NCBI GenBank assembly: GCA_035221665.1
Contig: CM069145.1
Span: 13,516,001-13,580,000, forward strand
Direction of reading: 5' to 3'
DNA from: Okamejei kenojei
Lineage: Eukaryota
DNA length: 64,000 nt
The notes under the pieces are model-generated. The model saw only the letters and a list, made by a program, of their open reading frames with translations, made no database searches and was not told where the DNA came from. The position numbers were made by a program, and so were the translations under genes. Below are positions 34,511 to 49,029 of the stretch, in pieces (position 1 is the first letter of the stretch; every line of letters starts with the position of its first letter).

Positions 34511-36163
34511 CAGTGCCCTCCATGATGTTTGGGACAAAGACCCATCATTTAATTTATTTGCCTCTGTGCTCCACAATGTGAGATTTGTAATAGAAAAAAA
34601 AAGTAAAAAGTGCACATTGTCAGATTTTAATAAAGCCATTTCATACATTTTGGTTTTCACCATACAGAAATTACCAGCAGCGTTTATATACATACCCCCC
34701 CCCCCCCATGCACCATAATGTTTGGGACACAGCACTGTCATGTGAATGAAAGTAGCCATGTATTAGTAGTTTTGTTGCTTACCCTTTGCATGCAAATGAC
34801 TGTTTGAAGTCTGCGATTCATGGACAACACTCACCTGTTGCAGGGTAGCTTCTCTGGTGATGCATTGCCAGGCCTGTATTACAGTTTATGCTTGTTTTGG
34901 GGTAGTACTCTTCAGTTTTCTTTCAGCATATAAAAGGCATGCTCAATTTGGTTCAGATCGGTGATTGTCTTGGCCACACAAGAATTTGAACATTTTTTAG
35001 CTTTGAAAAACTCCTTTGTTGCTTTAAAAAGGGAGCGGTATGTTGGGATCATTGTCCATGCTGTAGAATGAACTGCCAGCCAATGAGTTTTGAGGCATTT
35101 GTTTGAACTTGAGCAGATGGAATCTGTCTATACCTTTCAAAATTCACTATGCTACTACCATCAGCAGTTGTATCAATCAATGAAGATAAGTGAGCCAGTA
35201 CCTTCAGCACCACACATGCCCAGCCATCAACACCACACACACAGGTAAAGTGGTATGCTTTGGAGCTTGGCAATTCTTTCTCTCCTGCCATCACTCTGAT
35301 ATGTTAATCGTCGTCTCATCTGCCCACAAGACCTTTTTCCAGAACTGTGGTTTTCACTTTAAGTACTTGGCAAACTGGAACCTGGGCATCCTATTTTTGT
35401 GCTAACCAGTGGTTTGCATCTTGCAGCGTAGCCTCTGTATTTCTGTTCATGAAGTCTTCTGCGGAAAGTGATCATTGACAAATCCACACCTGACTCCTGA
35501 AGAGTGTTTTCTGATCTGTCGGACAGGTGTTTTGGGATTTTTATTATTATAAGAGAATTCTTCTGCACAATCATCAGCTGTGGAGGTCTTCCTTGGGCTT
35601 GCCAGTCCATTTGCGATTTCCGTAAGCCCACCAGTGCGCTCTTTCTTCTTAATGATGTTTCAAACAGTTGATTTTGGTATGCCTAAGGTTTGGCTGATGT
35701 CTTGAACAGTTGTATTGTATTTCCTCAGTCTCATAATGGCTTATTTGACTTTCATTGGCACAACCTTGGTCCGTCAGATGTTGATAAACAGCAATAAAAG
35801 TTTCGCAAAGGTGAATGGGGAAAGACTGGAGGAAAGACTTGGTGCTGAGAGCTCTCTTATCCCTGCATTAAGAAGGCAATTAAACACACCTGAGCAATTA
35901 CAAACACATGTGAAGCCATGTGGTCCCAACCATTATGGTGCCCAGAAATGGGGGGGGTAGACTATGTATAAATAACACAGCTGGTCATTTCTACATGGTG
36001 AAACAAAAATGCATAAAAAATGACCTTTAATAAAATCTGACAATGCGCACTTCAATCTGACTCAACCACATGTGATTGTTTTTTCTCTATTACAAATCTT
36101 AAATTGTGGATACAAGAGGCAAATAAATATAGGTTTTTGTCCCAAACATTATGGAGGGCACTG
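34511..36163 (-). mobile_element. Tc1-like DNA transposon (IR/DR type) with degenerate transposase
   Basis: TIR CAGTGCCCTCCAT(G/A)ATGTTTGGGACAAA at both ends, TA flanks (34509-10 and 36164-65), inner direct repeats at about 34712 and 35922-35942. Transposase pieces LQESGVDLSMITFRRRLHEQKYRGYAARCKPL and LIGWQFILQH. Confidence 0.93.
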
Positions 36164-36189
36164 TACATATGAACAAATAGACAAAAGTA

Positions 36190-38887
36190 AAAGGGTTTAT
36201 TTTGGCAAGTAATAAAGTTTAAATTAAATCATGTGAATTGATGGTAATTAACATGAGAGATTTAATCTAGTAACCTGAAAAGAAAGCCAAAGTCAATACA
36301 ATATTCAAGAAGAAAAGGATTTTGCATCTCGTTTCCCATTTTTTTTAATTCCACTTTGAATCTACACACTAATTACTTCCACAAAATGTTTTGTGGGTCC
36401 ACAGTCTCATAAAGTATCCATTTACTTAGAACTTCATAATTTACAACTTAAAATCTAAAACAGATTTTTACAACAAATTGTATTAAATAATTGTGCATAT
36501 ATTAAAAAGAGAAATAAAAAGGCACATGCAATATACTTTTTTTTTTAAAAAAGCACACTTGAATTGTTTGGCACAGGTTAAACCTAATGCTTAAATGTGC
36601 TAAAACAAAGCACAATTTAAAATTGAGTATATCATTACAGCTCATTTACATATGCAACACATTGTTCCTATTTATATTTCAAAGCACTTTCACATTGTTA
36701 GAACACATGGAAGCTGCAAGGACATAATTAATAAACTTTAATTTGTAGACGGTAAGATCATTACAACATTGATTTATACAGCTTTCTGTGCACTTCATAT
36801 AAAAATGACAGGAAACCGTTGAAGAATATTATTGCTCTCAATAACATTGTAATTTATCATAAATCACCCTTCCATCTTTCATGCATAACCACAAATGCAA
36901 AAGTCTTATGCAAGAAAATTACTTAGACAATACTAACTCTCTATGTTCCACACCTTGAAACACATTTCAACAGAAATTAAAGTTTTATAATACACGAACA
37001 AAGTTGATTTTTTAAATATTATCCCCAAGCAACTATCCATCAATTATAACTATCCACTGTGTGAGCAGCTCTTTGTGTCTTTAAATAAAAAGAGCTCACT
37101 TTTATAATGGAAACCTTCAGAATTTTTACGACAATTTACTCCTTCATTTTGAGCACAACAACTTTTAATAGAAATGTGACAACCAGTTGAACAATGGAAC
37201 TATTGCAGCAGGAAGTGTTGAGACCAGATACTGTTTTTTATGGATGCTAAATTATGCCTAATACAAAGGTAATCAATTAGGTCTATCGAAAGTGCAGTGG
37301 AACTTTTTGCAACTCAGCAATTACAATGGAATGCGAAGTCTACATATTCTGTGCAGTGATTTTTCTAAAGTAAACTTAAACCTACCACCATGATTCAACC
37401 CAGAGTTGATTATCCGACTGATCCCAGCTTAGCACTACTGGAGAAGTGGTAATGGTTAGGAAAGATATTTTCAGTATACGACTTGTGAGAGCAACAACCT
37501 TACATACAGGAAATTTATGAAAATGCATGATGCATGAAAATTCAAACTATGTCCAATGCAATTATGCAAACATTATTTATCTCAGGTTTGATAGAAAGGG
37601 AGAACTGAAGCAATAAACATTTATATTTCTTGTTACACAAAAATAGGCCTATAAAATTGTGTGTATTTTGTACGCAACGCGAAAGTAATGACAGAACACA
37701 CAGAATCTAGAGTAGAAGCATGGCAGACAGGAATAATATAATTTATATTGTGATGTGATAACTTTTGTTTACCAGGTGGATGCAAAAGAGTAGTTAGCAT
37801 TCTCTAAACTGAAAGAGATAAATATACATGTCTTATTCCACAATGCAATGAAAAAATCTGAAATTTAGATACATGATGAGTATAGAATTTACTGCCAATT
37901 TCCAGCAACGTCAAAAGCTTAAGAAGCACTTTTATATACTGTTGTTTGCAAAAAATCTAAGGGAACTTGCTTAACTTTTCCAGTTCACTGGTTGAATTGG
38001 TTATCCAGATAAAGAAAGAAACAAAGAAAAAACTGAATGATTTTCTGAAGACTATAAAAATATAACTTTTTTTCCATTAACAACATTTGTAGATTTTTCA
38101 GTTAGTGGTTCAGTGAAATATGATACAAATCAGATTTCTAATGTCATACCATAATGCCACTTATTCAGATGTGCCTGAGAAAGTGTTACATAATTTATTA
38201 TACAATGTTAATTCAGTTTACTTCACACTATATTTTCCAGGACAAATTGCAAAAAAAATCACAAATCTACATCCATAATTTCAGATTAAAAACACATTAT
38301 TTCTTGTTTTCTTTTAATTTATTAACTCTTTTTACCCTATGTGGTATGGTTTATAGGTAGTTGAAGAAGTAAAAATGTTCCGAGAAGAAAACATCTGCCG
38401 AAACCTGCCACAACAGCCCAATAAAGTTCATATTTCGGAACTTTGAACCAAAGGAGTGAGGCCAGAGGATAATGTATACAGGTATAAACAAGCCTAACTC
38501 TTGTTCAAAAAGCTAAAATAACAGGAAGAATAGGTTACAACAGACATTAAACTATGCCTTGTGATTCACTGTGGTCTTTTCATTATGGAAAGTTCAGTCT
38601 TGATTAAATCATAAATTGGAGAGATCGTCTCACGCCCAGCACTGTCTTTCCAGTTACTCCCAGTTGGTTTCTCACATCTATAGATATAGTTGATGATAGT
38701 AACACCCTGACTGAAGGCAGAAATGCATCTCACGATTGAATGAACAAATGGGTAATTGTTACTCTCTGTAGCTGTAGATTCAAGGACATTAATTTCATCA
38801 AATAGAATAATTGGAGACCAATCTCTATTCCTGGGAAAAGAATGGCTGGACTGAATCAGTTAAATGCCTTGTCCTACAACAAGCCAG
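36190..38887 (-). other. PPP2R2D: Probable PPP2R2D 3' UTR (end not determined)
   Basis: Repeat-free AT-rich tract directly after the stop codon, with several minus-strand AATAAA (tttatt on +, e.g. about 38317 and 36196). Confidence 0.45.
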
Positions 38888-39174
38888 TTAATTTATTTTG
38901 TCCGGAATATAATACAAATTATTAGTTGCAGCAACAGCTATAATTGTTTCCTTTATATGCCAAGCTGTATGCGATAATCCTTCTTGTTGAGTCCAACTAT
39001 CAAACACTAATCTCATCCTTCTTCCCTTTTTTTCCCGCCTGTGCAAACCTTACGTGGCCTTCAAGAAGGCACGCGGTTTACTGCTTTCTCAGAGATGCCT
39101 CGAGTGTGATTCACGTTTGGTATTTCCTGTCAAGAGCTATTCGATGAAAGTTGTTGTAGAGCATCATAATAGCA
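38888..39174 (-). CDS. PPP2R2D: PP2A regulatory subunit B55-delta, last coding exon (apparent indels)
   Basis: After an AG acceptor: AIM..YNNF..TLEAS..SKPRA..RKVCTGGK..KDEISV..HTAWH..IIAVAATNNLY..DKIN-stop. SAIM, CTGGK and DKIN match B55-delta rather than B55-alpha. Confidence 0.9.
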
Positions 39175-40892
39175 CTGTTTATAAAACAAAGATAAACTAG
39201 TGCATTGGCAACAACATTTAAAAGTACACGACCTTCAGAAAAAAATACTGCAGATCCAAATCTAATTCCTGATGTCCGGTGTTATGACAAATATTGATGG
39301 CATTATGAAAAGAATATGCCGTTACTAATGGTTCCCCTATGACATCCCATAAAATTAAGCACATACAATTTAATGAAATGCAGCGAGAAAAAGTTACCAC
39401 ATAGCATTTCAATAACATGCAAGAATAAATACTTCATACGAACATTCAAGTGACGTATGAAGTATCAATATTTTCACTTTGTCATTTCTTTTCCATTCTA
39501 TATTGGGAACAAATGAATGACAGAATGAATACCTTATTGGCCAAGTATTGCACAGTATCAAGGCATCACTTCATTACCATTCAGTGAAGTATTTTTTTTC
39601 GCCTAAAATAAAACCTTAATAATTGGTTAGGTGAATTTGAATCGCACAGCAGTGTAGCCGAGCACTACTTGCAGTGGGAAAAGTGCCCGGAGTATTACTC
39701 CAGCTGTAGTTCAATTCCAAATCTGAAACACAATTTATGAATGCTGTTTTTTTTTGCTAGTTTCACATGATTACAAAACCCATTGTTAACCAGGTACATT
39801 TCACATAATAGAGAAGATATAAAAATAAGGTATTCATCACTTTCCCCTCTAGTATAAATGAATTAAATCATAGAATACAAAAATGGAACACACTACTATA
39901 ACAATCACAGCAAACTTAGAAGCAAAGTACTGTACAATAGTACTTAGCACAGAGAGGGAAATTGTTTACCAAATAAATTCTCTAGTCTGCATCATGATAG
40001 GATTTTGAAAAGGATCCTGATTTATCAAATTCTGAAAAATTGATGTGGAAGTGTATATTTGCACAAATTTTCAGGTTCAAAATGCAGGATTAGATAGTGA
40101 AACTGGAAGCTTTCTTGCACAAAGCCTTAAGTTGCAAATTTTAAAAAGTAATAATCTAAAAGAGGGCGATGCTCCATAATGGATCCAACCATCAAAATGA
40201 TGGTATAAATTTATTTTTATTCTCACACGATATGCCCAACTTTGTCTGCATAAATAATGAATTTAACTGTATTAAGGTTTGAATGAATTAAAAAAAGTAC
40301 ATTTGTAGAGTAACACACTTAGACACACAATTTACAGATTTGCAAACACAGTTTAGAATGACCTATTCAACAAATCACTGCAATTTGCACCATGTCACAA
40401 ATTTATTTTTTTATTAAACACATAGTGCTAAGAACTTTTAAAAAATATTGACTAATTTCAGTTTGTGAAGGATAACTGATGATTCACCTTATGCTGTACC
40501 TTTTCACATGTGCATAATGTAAATTTATAAAATGCAAAACTTTGCTTATACAAACGACAGTCCACTGAATGCAAAGCATATACCAACAGCTTGGGTAAAT
40601 GGCCCACAAGTTTTTTTGGTTTACTTGTGATAATGGGCATATGTGGAATGTGAGTCACACAGACATTTTATCTTTCACGAATATAAAGTACATGAGCCCA
40701 GAACTGCAAGATTCCCAAGTTTATTAATTCATGTAAAGGGGAAGAGTAGAACAACAAAGCACTACCATGAAAGTTGCAACTGAAGTGTGAGCTTAGTTTT
40801 TGAATAATAATCTGGGATATGAAATGTTACTTAGATACTAGATTAACAACTGAATTGACTGTAAATATGCCACGTCAATAAATACTACATAC

Positions 40893-40987
40893 CCCTGTCT
40901 GAAACATTCCAACAACACTCAAACTGTCAAAGATGCCAGTCATTCTCTGTACAAAGAACATAACTTGCTCCGCAAATAATCATGAAC
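40893..40987 (-). CDS. PPP2R2D: B55-delta internal exon
   Basis: cag|VHDYLRSKLCSLY..ND..IFD.FECCWN.SD|gtatgt. Confidence 0.9.
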
Positions 40988-41096
40988 CTGGAAAAAAGAG
41001 GCCATCAAACAAACCACAAATCATGATAACAGAATTATTTAAATGAAAAAATAATTTTGAAGTAAAATCAATAATCAGCAGTCTAAAAATACTCGC

Positions 41097-41399
41097 CTGG
41101 TATTGGTTTCCACTCTCCACTGTCTAGTTTCCATATTAACAATCCCACACCTTGACAGATAAATAGTCTCTATGTCATCATGTACCGCCCATTATGGCTG
41201 AACTTNNNNNNNNNNNNNNNNNNNNNNNNNNNNNNNNNNNNNNNNNNNNNNNNNNNNNNNNNNNNNNNNNNNNNNNNNNNNNNNNNNNNNNNNNNNNNNN
41301 NNNNNNNNNNNNNNNNNNNNNNNNNNNNNNNNNNNNNNNNNNNNNNNNNNNNNNNNNNNNNNNATGATCTACTGCATGATCTTCTGGTTCTTCAAAAAA
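41097..41399 (-). CDS. PPP2R2D: B55-delta internal exon spanning the N gap 41206-41363
   Basis: tag|FEEPED..RS [gap] KFSHNGRYMMT.DYLSVKVWD.NMETR..YQ|gcgagt. Confidence 0.88.
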
Positions 41400-41809
41400 C
41401 TAGATGCAAAATATAACAGAGGTTAGACATCTCTATCTGATCAGTCAATTAATCACTTTGTAGGACAAATGTACTAACTTTAAATATCGTTGCAATAAGA
41501 GCAAACAAAATGTGAGTATTTTGCAGCACATTCAGAAGTATGGGGAATGCTCTCTGTTTGCTAGCTGAATGCAAACAATCAAGCACTCCATACCATCCAG
41601 GAAAAGCATCTGCTTGATTGGCTTCTCTATCCCTTAACCCTAGCCATCTTAATTTCCCCTCCATCATTTAGCACGCCACTGCAAGCACGTGTCATCCATC
41701 TACAATAAAAAGGTGCCTCTCAACCTCTTCTCCATGAAACGTGAGGGCAGGTAGGCACACACAAACACCTGCCCATTCCCATCCAGTTACACACATAAAG
41801 CATAGGAAA

Positions 41810-41970
41810 AATACCAAATCAGGAACAAGCCCTTTGCCCTAAAATGTCTGTGCGAACATAGATGGCAATAAAAATAAATCTCATCTGCCTACACATGATC
41901 CAGATCCCTCCCTTCCCTGGCCTATCCAGGTGTCCATATCTAAAAGCCCCCTTAAACACCACTATCGTAT
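41810..41970 (-). mobile_element. CR1-type 3' end fragment (intronic)
   Basis: aggaacaagccctt..ccct..atgtctgtgc..catgatcca..tctaaaagcc; similar to 32945-33090. Confidence 0.5.
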
Positions 41971-44514
41971 CCAGTCCTTACTTGGAATGATTGGCATTCC
42001 TTAGTTATTTTAGCAACTCCATCCCATAAATGCTGTATCAGTCACATAAGTACTGCAGCAGTTCACAACTTTTTGCTACCATCACCTTAAGAATCCTACT
42101 AAGGACTAGGCCCCCCCAAAAGCATGGGCTTTGTGGAGCAATTACACCACATCCCAGGAAAAAACCAAATGAAGATCGCAAATGCGGACAACCTTGCCTA
42201 ATTCTATTTAAAAAACACATCTTGAAAGAAGAGCATGAATATTGAACTAATAAATACTGGTGACAAGTAAGAAGCTTCCAAACCAACTTTTTACCATTAT
42301 GATAAGATTATGAATGACCATCAACCTCCAGTTGCCACTCTCACCACTCCATCCTATAGCTCTTTAGTATCCAAAAAATCTTCTAAACTTCATCCTGTAT
42401 ATTCTCAATAGCTGAGCATCTGGTTGTGAAATTCCAACGTTCATAAGGTACTCCGCATCTCTATTATAAATATGTTATTTCTTGTGTTGACACTATGACT
42501 TTATTTCCCAGATCCTCCGATAAAATGAAACTTCCCCATTTTTCTGGATAAGGATTTCTAGTATTTCTGCATGTGCTTTTCAACTATTACCAAAAAAGTG
42601 TTTTTCTGCAAAAGTCTGACATAGAACACACAACTGTTCTCAGATTTCAAAACACATATAACATTAACATATCTCACAGGTGTCGATAGTTTTGTTTAAT
42701 GCCAATACAATAAATGTAACAACAGCAACTGGTACCAATAACTAAACCATCTATTTAAGTAATTACATTTATTATCTTATCAACAATCACACTTACCAAC
42801 TGTTCTATGAACAAAAAAAGTGCATAATTAGGTTTGGTTCCATAACCTGTGATCATAAACTGTTCAAGGAAGCAAAGTAACAGTTTTCAACAAGGATGTA
42901 ATCACAACAGATGTAAACCATAGGAGATGTTAAAATAATATAATGAAGAGTATCAATATCAAGAATGTAAAGCATGATATATACACAGAAATTGGCAGTA
43001 AATATAAGCAGTTGTGATCTGGTAACAATAGTCATGGTCAGATTTTTTCAATGGAAGAACGACAATAAAATGGGACTGTGAGATGTTGCTTAGATAATAC
43101 TATTCAGTATCAGAATGAGTACCACAAGGACTTTGAAGATCACAGGTGTAATAGTTGAAAAGTTTCATCCCAAAAGCAAAAGCTTGCAAGAGAACTCATA
43201 CAATTACTCAAATTCTTAATTAAACCATTTATTCCATGCTATCTCATTTATGGAAATCTGCTCTGTTGCTCTGGGTTCGTCTCTTCCCCCACCAACTCTT
43301 CCCTCCTTGTCATACAAAGAATTCCACTTGCAATAGGGCTAAGAATATCTTCCCTAGCAATCTGTGAATCTTCGATTTCATTTGCAAGGTTGATTACAGT
43401 TTTCCACATCACATTTAATTATGAACAGATGTCATATATATTAAGTTTGTAACAATACTTTCAATAAATGTTTGTACATTTATAGATTCCTAGGATCTGA
43501 CGGAATCAATAGCCTTTGCTCACAAAGATCGCTAATGATCGCCATAATCACTAATTTGCAATTTTTAGTGCTTAATTAACAATCAGTAGCCAGATTAATG
43601 TGCGACAATTATCTGTTCATTGTCGCATGCAAGTTGCTTCTGGGGTTGTATCACACATGGTGAATGATCAATATTTATATTTGTCCATTACCCACCCCTA
43701 CCCCTCAAAAATCTACAACATGCGCATGTATAGTTACAAAATTGGCATATAATAAATCAGAAATAAATTGTAAAACATATTTTTACAAATAATATGTCAT
43801 GTACTTGTGGCATCTGATAGATGTGACTAATGACCTTTAGAATATTAAGAATCTTTAGCTATGTACATATTAGGTAGTGCTAGTCAATTTAAATATCAGT
43901 CCTTATACCCCAGGGAATTAAATATAGGCACCTTTCCAACTATGAATACCACAGAAGGTAGACACAAAATGCTGGAGTAACACAGTGGTACAGGTCAGAA
44001 AAGTACAGCTACATTAAAAGAGTAGCATACTGAAGAGGGAGGCTACAAATGTCAAAAGTATAGTAATTTGAGACAGGACCAAGGGTTGGGCATATGAGAC
44101 TTTGATAATTATCTCTCTTCCTATGGAATAAATTTGGGTTCCTTCTAGTAGGTTCCTCCTTAAAAAAAACCAAAATTTTAATAACTGTAAATCCATTTTT
44201 GTTTTATAAATAAGAAACTCAAATATTTCATTTATTGACCACACGAAGAAAAAATCAAAATTACTTGGTCGTATTTGGCACAACATGTAATGAACCATCA
44301 GCTTTTGATGCCATCTGCTTAGAAGCAGCAAATTATCAGGTGTAGTCATAGGAACTTAAAATAAATTAGTTTTGTTTGGATGAAAAACCTTTTCTAGTAG
44401 TAAAACCAAAAATATTGCTAATTCTCAATTAAAACAAGAAAAATTTCAAAGTTAATGTTGACTAATAACTTGATAATTGCCAAAACCCATGTTCCAAGTA
44501 ATACGTATTCTTAC

Positions 44515-44683
44515 ATTTTGAATGCTTGTCGCACAGTGGCACCAGCCCGCATATCACAGAGTCTTATTGTTCCTTTACTACTACTGATAGGCAAACCCAG
44601 TTGCACTGATAGTATGACCATTCTGCTGCTGTAAATAACTTCTGTCATCTCTTCCATGTTGGCAGGTTTAATATCTACCATGT
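44515..44683 (-). CDS. PPP2R2D: B55-delta internal exon
   Basis: aag|..[40 protein letters not shown]|gtaag. Confidence 0.9.
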
Positions 44684-45684
44684 CTTTACAATTTGTTAAG
44701 ACAATTTTAAGAATTAACGTGGAAACAGTTGCATGTACATTTTACATGCTAAAATTGTATAATAAAATTTACCATAAAAATAAAAATCAGGCCCAAGTTA
44801 GAACAAAATGTAAGGAAGATAGAAGAGAATAAAATTACAAATTAAGATAACTATTGAACACGGTCCGATGTATCTAAATACAAGGATACAAAAAGAATTC
44901 ACAATTTTAAGTAAGGGAATCTCATCTTAAAGCACACTGTTTACCAATAATACACAACTAAAATTAAAATGCAAAAAAACAATGTCTGAGGAACTTCTTC
45001 AGAAGAAGGGTCCTCAACTCAAATACAAGTCTGTCCATTCCCTCCACGGTGCTGTACAGAACCGTGCTGGTTTTTCTCCAACCTTTGTTGTTTGTTCAAG
45101 CGTCGCATCCACCATCTGTAGTTTCCTGCATCCGCATGAATTTTGGACAATGGCATTTCTGAATATATATGGTACTAAGAATATATGGGCAGGAAAAATC
45201 TGTTTTACACATATTCCAAAAATAATCTGCACTTTAAATTGAGTTAACCTTCAGTAAAAACCCTAGCATTAACAAAAATCAATCTCATATTTTGTCCCTA
45301 TTTTCCATTTCCCTTACAAATTTTCTATGGTGTAAACTTCGGTCAAATTAAATCACTAGTGTAACAGGCAAATTCATCTGCATGCAATTTTCAACCATTC
45401 TGATTTTAAAAAAACAAACTTTTTTTAATTGTTGTTATTTATGTTGTATTTATTTGCTGAAAGAATCTAGTTTTGCTAACGTTAATTTGCCCACTGAGCT
45501 GGTCCTCTTTAAAAAAGGTCTAAACACTCAAATGGAAGCTGCTGTATTGGAACAAGTACTAATATTCCTTCAGCTGAAAAAAGTATTGGTTTTGGGTGTA
45601 ATAATATTTTATAGATACAAACAGGCATTACAAACATACATCATCAATATACTAGGAATAGAAACATTTTGAAAAATAGGATAC
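44684..45684 (-). other. PPP2R2D: U12-type (minor spliceosome) GT-AG intron
   Basis: Donor GTATCCT (45678-45684 on -). Branch-like TCTTAAC (44695-44701 on -) about 11 nt before the 3' splice site, with no polypyrimidine tract. Confidence 0.8.
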
Positions 45685-45865
45685 AAAACTAATCCTATCT
45701 GTAATTTCGAATGCCACAAGTTAATTCGAAGATCATCTATAAAGGTTAGGTTTCATAGTCACTATTTACGAAATTGAGTTAATGTGATATGTGTGCGCAT
45801 TTGCAAAATACTCTTCAGGTGACTTGCTCAAACCATCATTCCATATGTTTCGAGAGTACTGGTAC
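45685..45865 (-). CDS. PPP2R2D: B55-delta internal exon
   Basis: cag|VPVL..FANAHTYHINSI.VNSDYET..DDLRINLWH.EITDR.SF. Confidence 0.9.
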
Positions 45866-47020
45866 CTGTCAAGTTAAAATAAAGCATTTCTAAAAGAGAA
45901 TTTAATCTTTTATATTTAGCCACTAAGGCCCAAATATTTACAAATTTTTCACAACCCATCTATTCGGGGTTCCTTGAGTTTTGTGTTTTCTATTGAACAC
46001 TAAATTATGAATTATTTTTCTAGAATACCATAAGAAAAATTATAACAATTGATAGAATATGAAGAATATAATATCATCATTAGATTAGTTTAAAACAAAT
46101 ATTTTTTAGCTTATCTAAAGCACTTTCAGACTATGAAAAAGCAAATCATTTTTATTGTTAACAGGCAAAATAAAGAAAATTTCCTACGTATAAACCTGGT
46201 TTACATGTAGAATTTGGCAAAGTAATATACAAAATAGATGAAACAATTAAATACTTGAATAAAATCCCGATTGCATGCCCCAGTGTGGCCGGTTATAGCA
46301 TCCGAGATAATACACAGAAGCTCTGGACACATGGGACCCCTTTTTTATTTTCTGTCTAATTTCCCATAAACTTTTATTGAGCTATTCAATTAACCACCAA
46401 TATATATTTCCAATGAAAACACAATACTAATTGTTTACCTACTTTTAAAATTTAATGTCCGTCTGCGAGGAAAGGAAAGGATTGAAAACAAGTGGATATA
46501 TGTCCCCATTAGCATCAGAATCTTTCAGCCTCAATAATTTCCCAAATATACCCTGGAATATTCTCAAACAGAAACTGTTTCAATAGTGAGTTTCAATATA
46601 AATTAATTTTAATTTATACACAGATAAATTAAAGGAACACCTTAAACATTTACTCGTGCAACAAAACACAATTTCAATCTGACCGAGTTGAAATATTGTT
46701 AATTGATCAATAAGCAACTATTGGCACATAGGGATTCGATATATTTAAACATTCACCATTTAGGATCCTATTTCAAAAGATGGAACAAACCCTGATATGG
46801 CTGTCCCTAAATTAAGATATTAGACAAATCAGCTCACTAAAAAATGTTTAAATTCAGACAGAATCAATTAAATTGTAGTAATCTATAAATAATTAAAAGT
46901 CTACTAATTGGAACTATCTCTCTGAAACATAATCCTTCAAACCGCATCAAGGATCATATGCCAATATCCCCCACAAATTGTTATACGTGAGTCAGATCAA
47001 TCATATTAGCATCTTCATAC

Positions 47021-47134
47021 CCGCAGAGTGGTAATTCTGACAGTGATCCCAAATCTTCCATCTTCTTCTTCAAATTATAGCCTTTCTGCCGTTTGTCCCC
47101 TTTCACTATCTTCCACAATTTAATAGTTTTTTAT
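47021..47134 (-). CDS. PPP2R2D: B55-delta internal exon
   Basis: cag|(D)KTIKLWK..DKR..GYNLK.EDGR..RITTLR|gtatg. Confidence 0.9.
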
Positions 47135-49029
47135 CTGAAATCACAAGTTAAAACCAAAAGTTTTATATCTAGAATTACTTACTTCTAAGCACTGGATTTG
47201 AATCAATTGAAAATTCACTCTAAAAATCGAAAAAAGTCATGATAGTTATCAAATTGTACTTCTGTGCAATTTGGCCACCACATTCCCTATAATATTTTAA
47301 CAATTAGTAAACTTCAAAAACATTTCTCCATATAATAGCATTTTTGGATATTCAGATATCTTAAGCATTGAAAAAAAATATCTTTTTTCCAAAATGCAAA
47401 AGTTATTTTTAGGTTTTCGATCCTGTTACTTATCTTCAATAACTGAATGTAGTTAAATTTAGTCAAAGTACACAGGAAAAAATTTAGAGAACAAATCCTA
47501 GGAGTCCATACTTGGCAATGAAAAGGTGCGTTCTCTATCTATGTACATAGACAAAATGTTTTCTCATTCAATTCTATGCACATAGACAAAAATGCTCTCT
47601 CTCTCTTCAATTCTTTAAAAGCTTCAACCTAAATATTTCAGTGTATCTACTGCAAAATTACTATTTCTTAACAACTAGTTTCATAGACCCAAGTGAGGTG
47701 AGATTTGAAAATAAAAATTCAGAAGAAAAGGATGCAGATTTCATATGATTTCCAAACGAAGCACCATTTCACAAAACCCCAAACAACTTAACATCGAGTT
47801 TACAACTCTGACCCAATCCACCTATCGCTTATCCTTTTAAAACTTCAATTTGTAATAGTTTTTCGATTGAAACTAATAGCATCAAAAATCATCAAGATTT
47901 AAAAAAAGGGATATTAAGTTTTCCCATGCGTCGGCTTTGTTAAAAAGCCAATACAGCAGAGATCATTTTTTTTGGAACAAGGAAATGTTTCAGGAAACAA
48001 CAAAGGATGAAACAAGTATGAAGTATTAATAAAAGAGAAGAAATGTCGGGAAATAATGAGAAGCTTTTGGGTGCACAACATAAAATGAAAGGCTCACACA
48101 TAAAGTACGTGTTATTTTATTAAAGCAGGGAAATAGTTTCCTTAACCTCAGCATGAATGTGGTGCAAGGTTCCCAAATTTTTTTTTTTTTTTTTTCTGAG
48201 CAGCAATGCCATGGGGAACCTTCTAAACCATTACCTTGGGGATCAAACACCAAATCTTTGAAAAGTCATACGTAATTCCTCCATGGAAGCAAGATGAATT
48301 GGTAAGCAAATAAATAACCACAGCAAACTATCAACATTTAATGAAAAAAAGTTTATGCTAAACAGCATAGCCTCCTGGCCCAATGCAAAATGGAAATCAT
48401 AATTTGCACTGGATGTGAATTTCATTCACTATTAAAGCTTCCTTGGTCAATTTTTGGTGATATCGCTGACAAGAAAATTTGTGCTTTACTTTGTTATATG
48501 CAACTGACTCACTGCAAATTAACAAATATTGCAGCATATACTAAACGTAATTCACCCATGGATGAAAAACATCAGGCTGATGTGCAATATGATAAAGACA
48601 ATTGCCACCATAATGCTGGATTTTCATATTAGTTCATGAACTCTATGAAGTGGCCTTTCCTCCAGATTTGTGAAGAAATCCCACAGCATACAAATCTGGT
48701 TCTGAAATATTTAAAGTTCTGCATGAACAGATGAGTTCAGACATGGACATCTTATGGACTGTATTAATTGAACTTGTGGAATTGGAGACTATATGAAAAC
48801 CAAAACAAGAGACAGATAGATACACACCTACATTGGCACAGATGGGAATGTTGTACCTGGATTTACAAACAATACACATCAATTTCAGCAGTATAACACA
48901 AATTTGACCAGAAAAAAACAATACATTACACGGCATCATTAAGTTTGAAAAAAGTTGCACTAGCAATGGCCATCTAGCATGTTTATCTGGCCATTAAGAG
49001 TATTAAAATCGCCACCTACGTGCGAGCCG

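Noticed and set aside
1-36000. BNIP3 or other neighbouring host-gene exons expected from synteny
   Set aside because: I could not recognise any such exon by eye. Absence is not proven.
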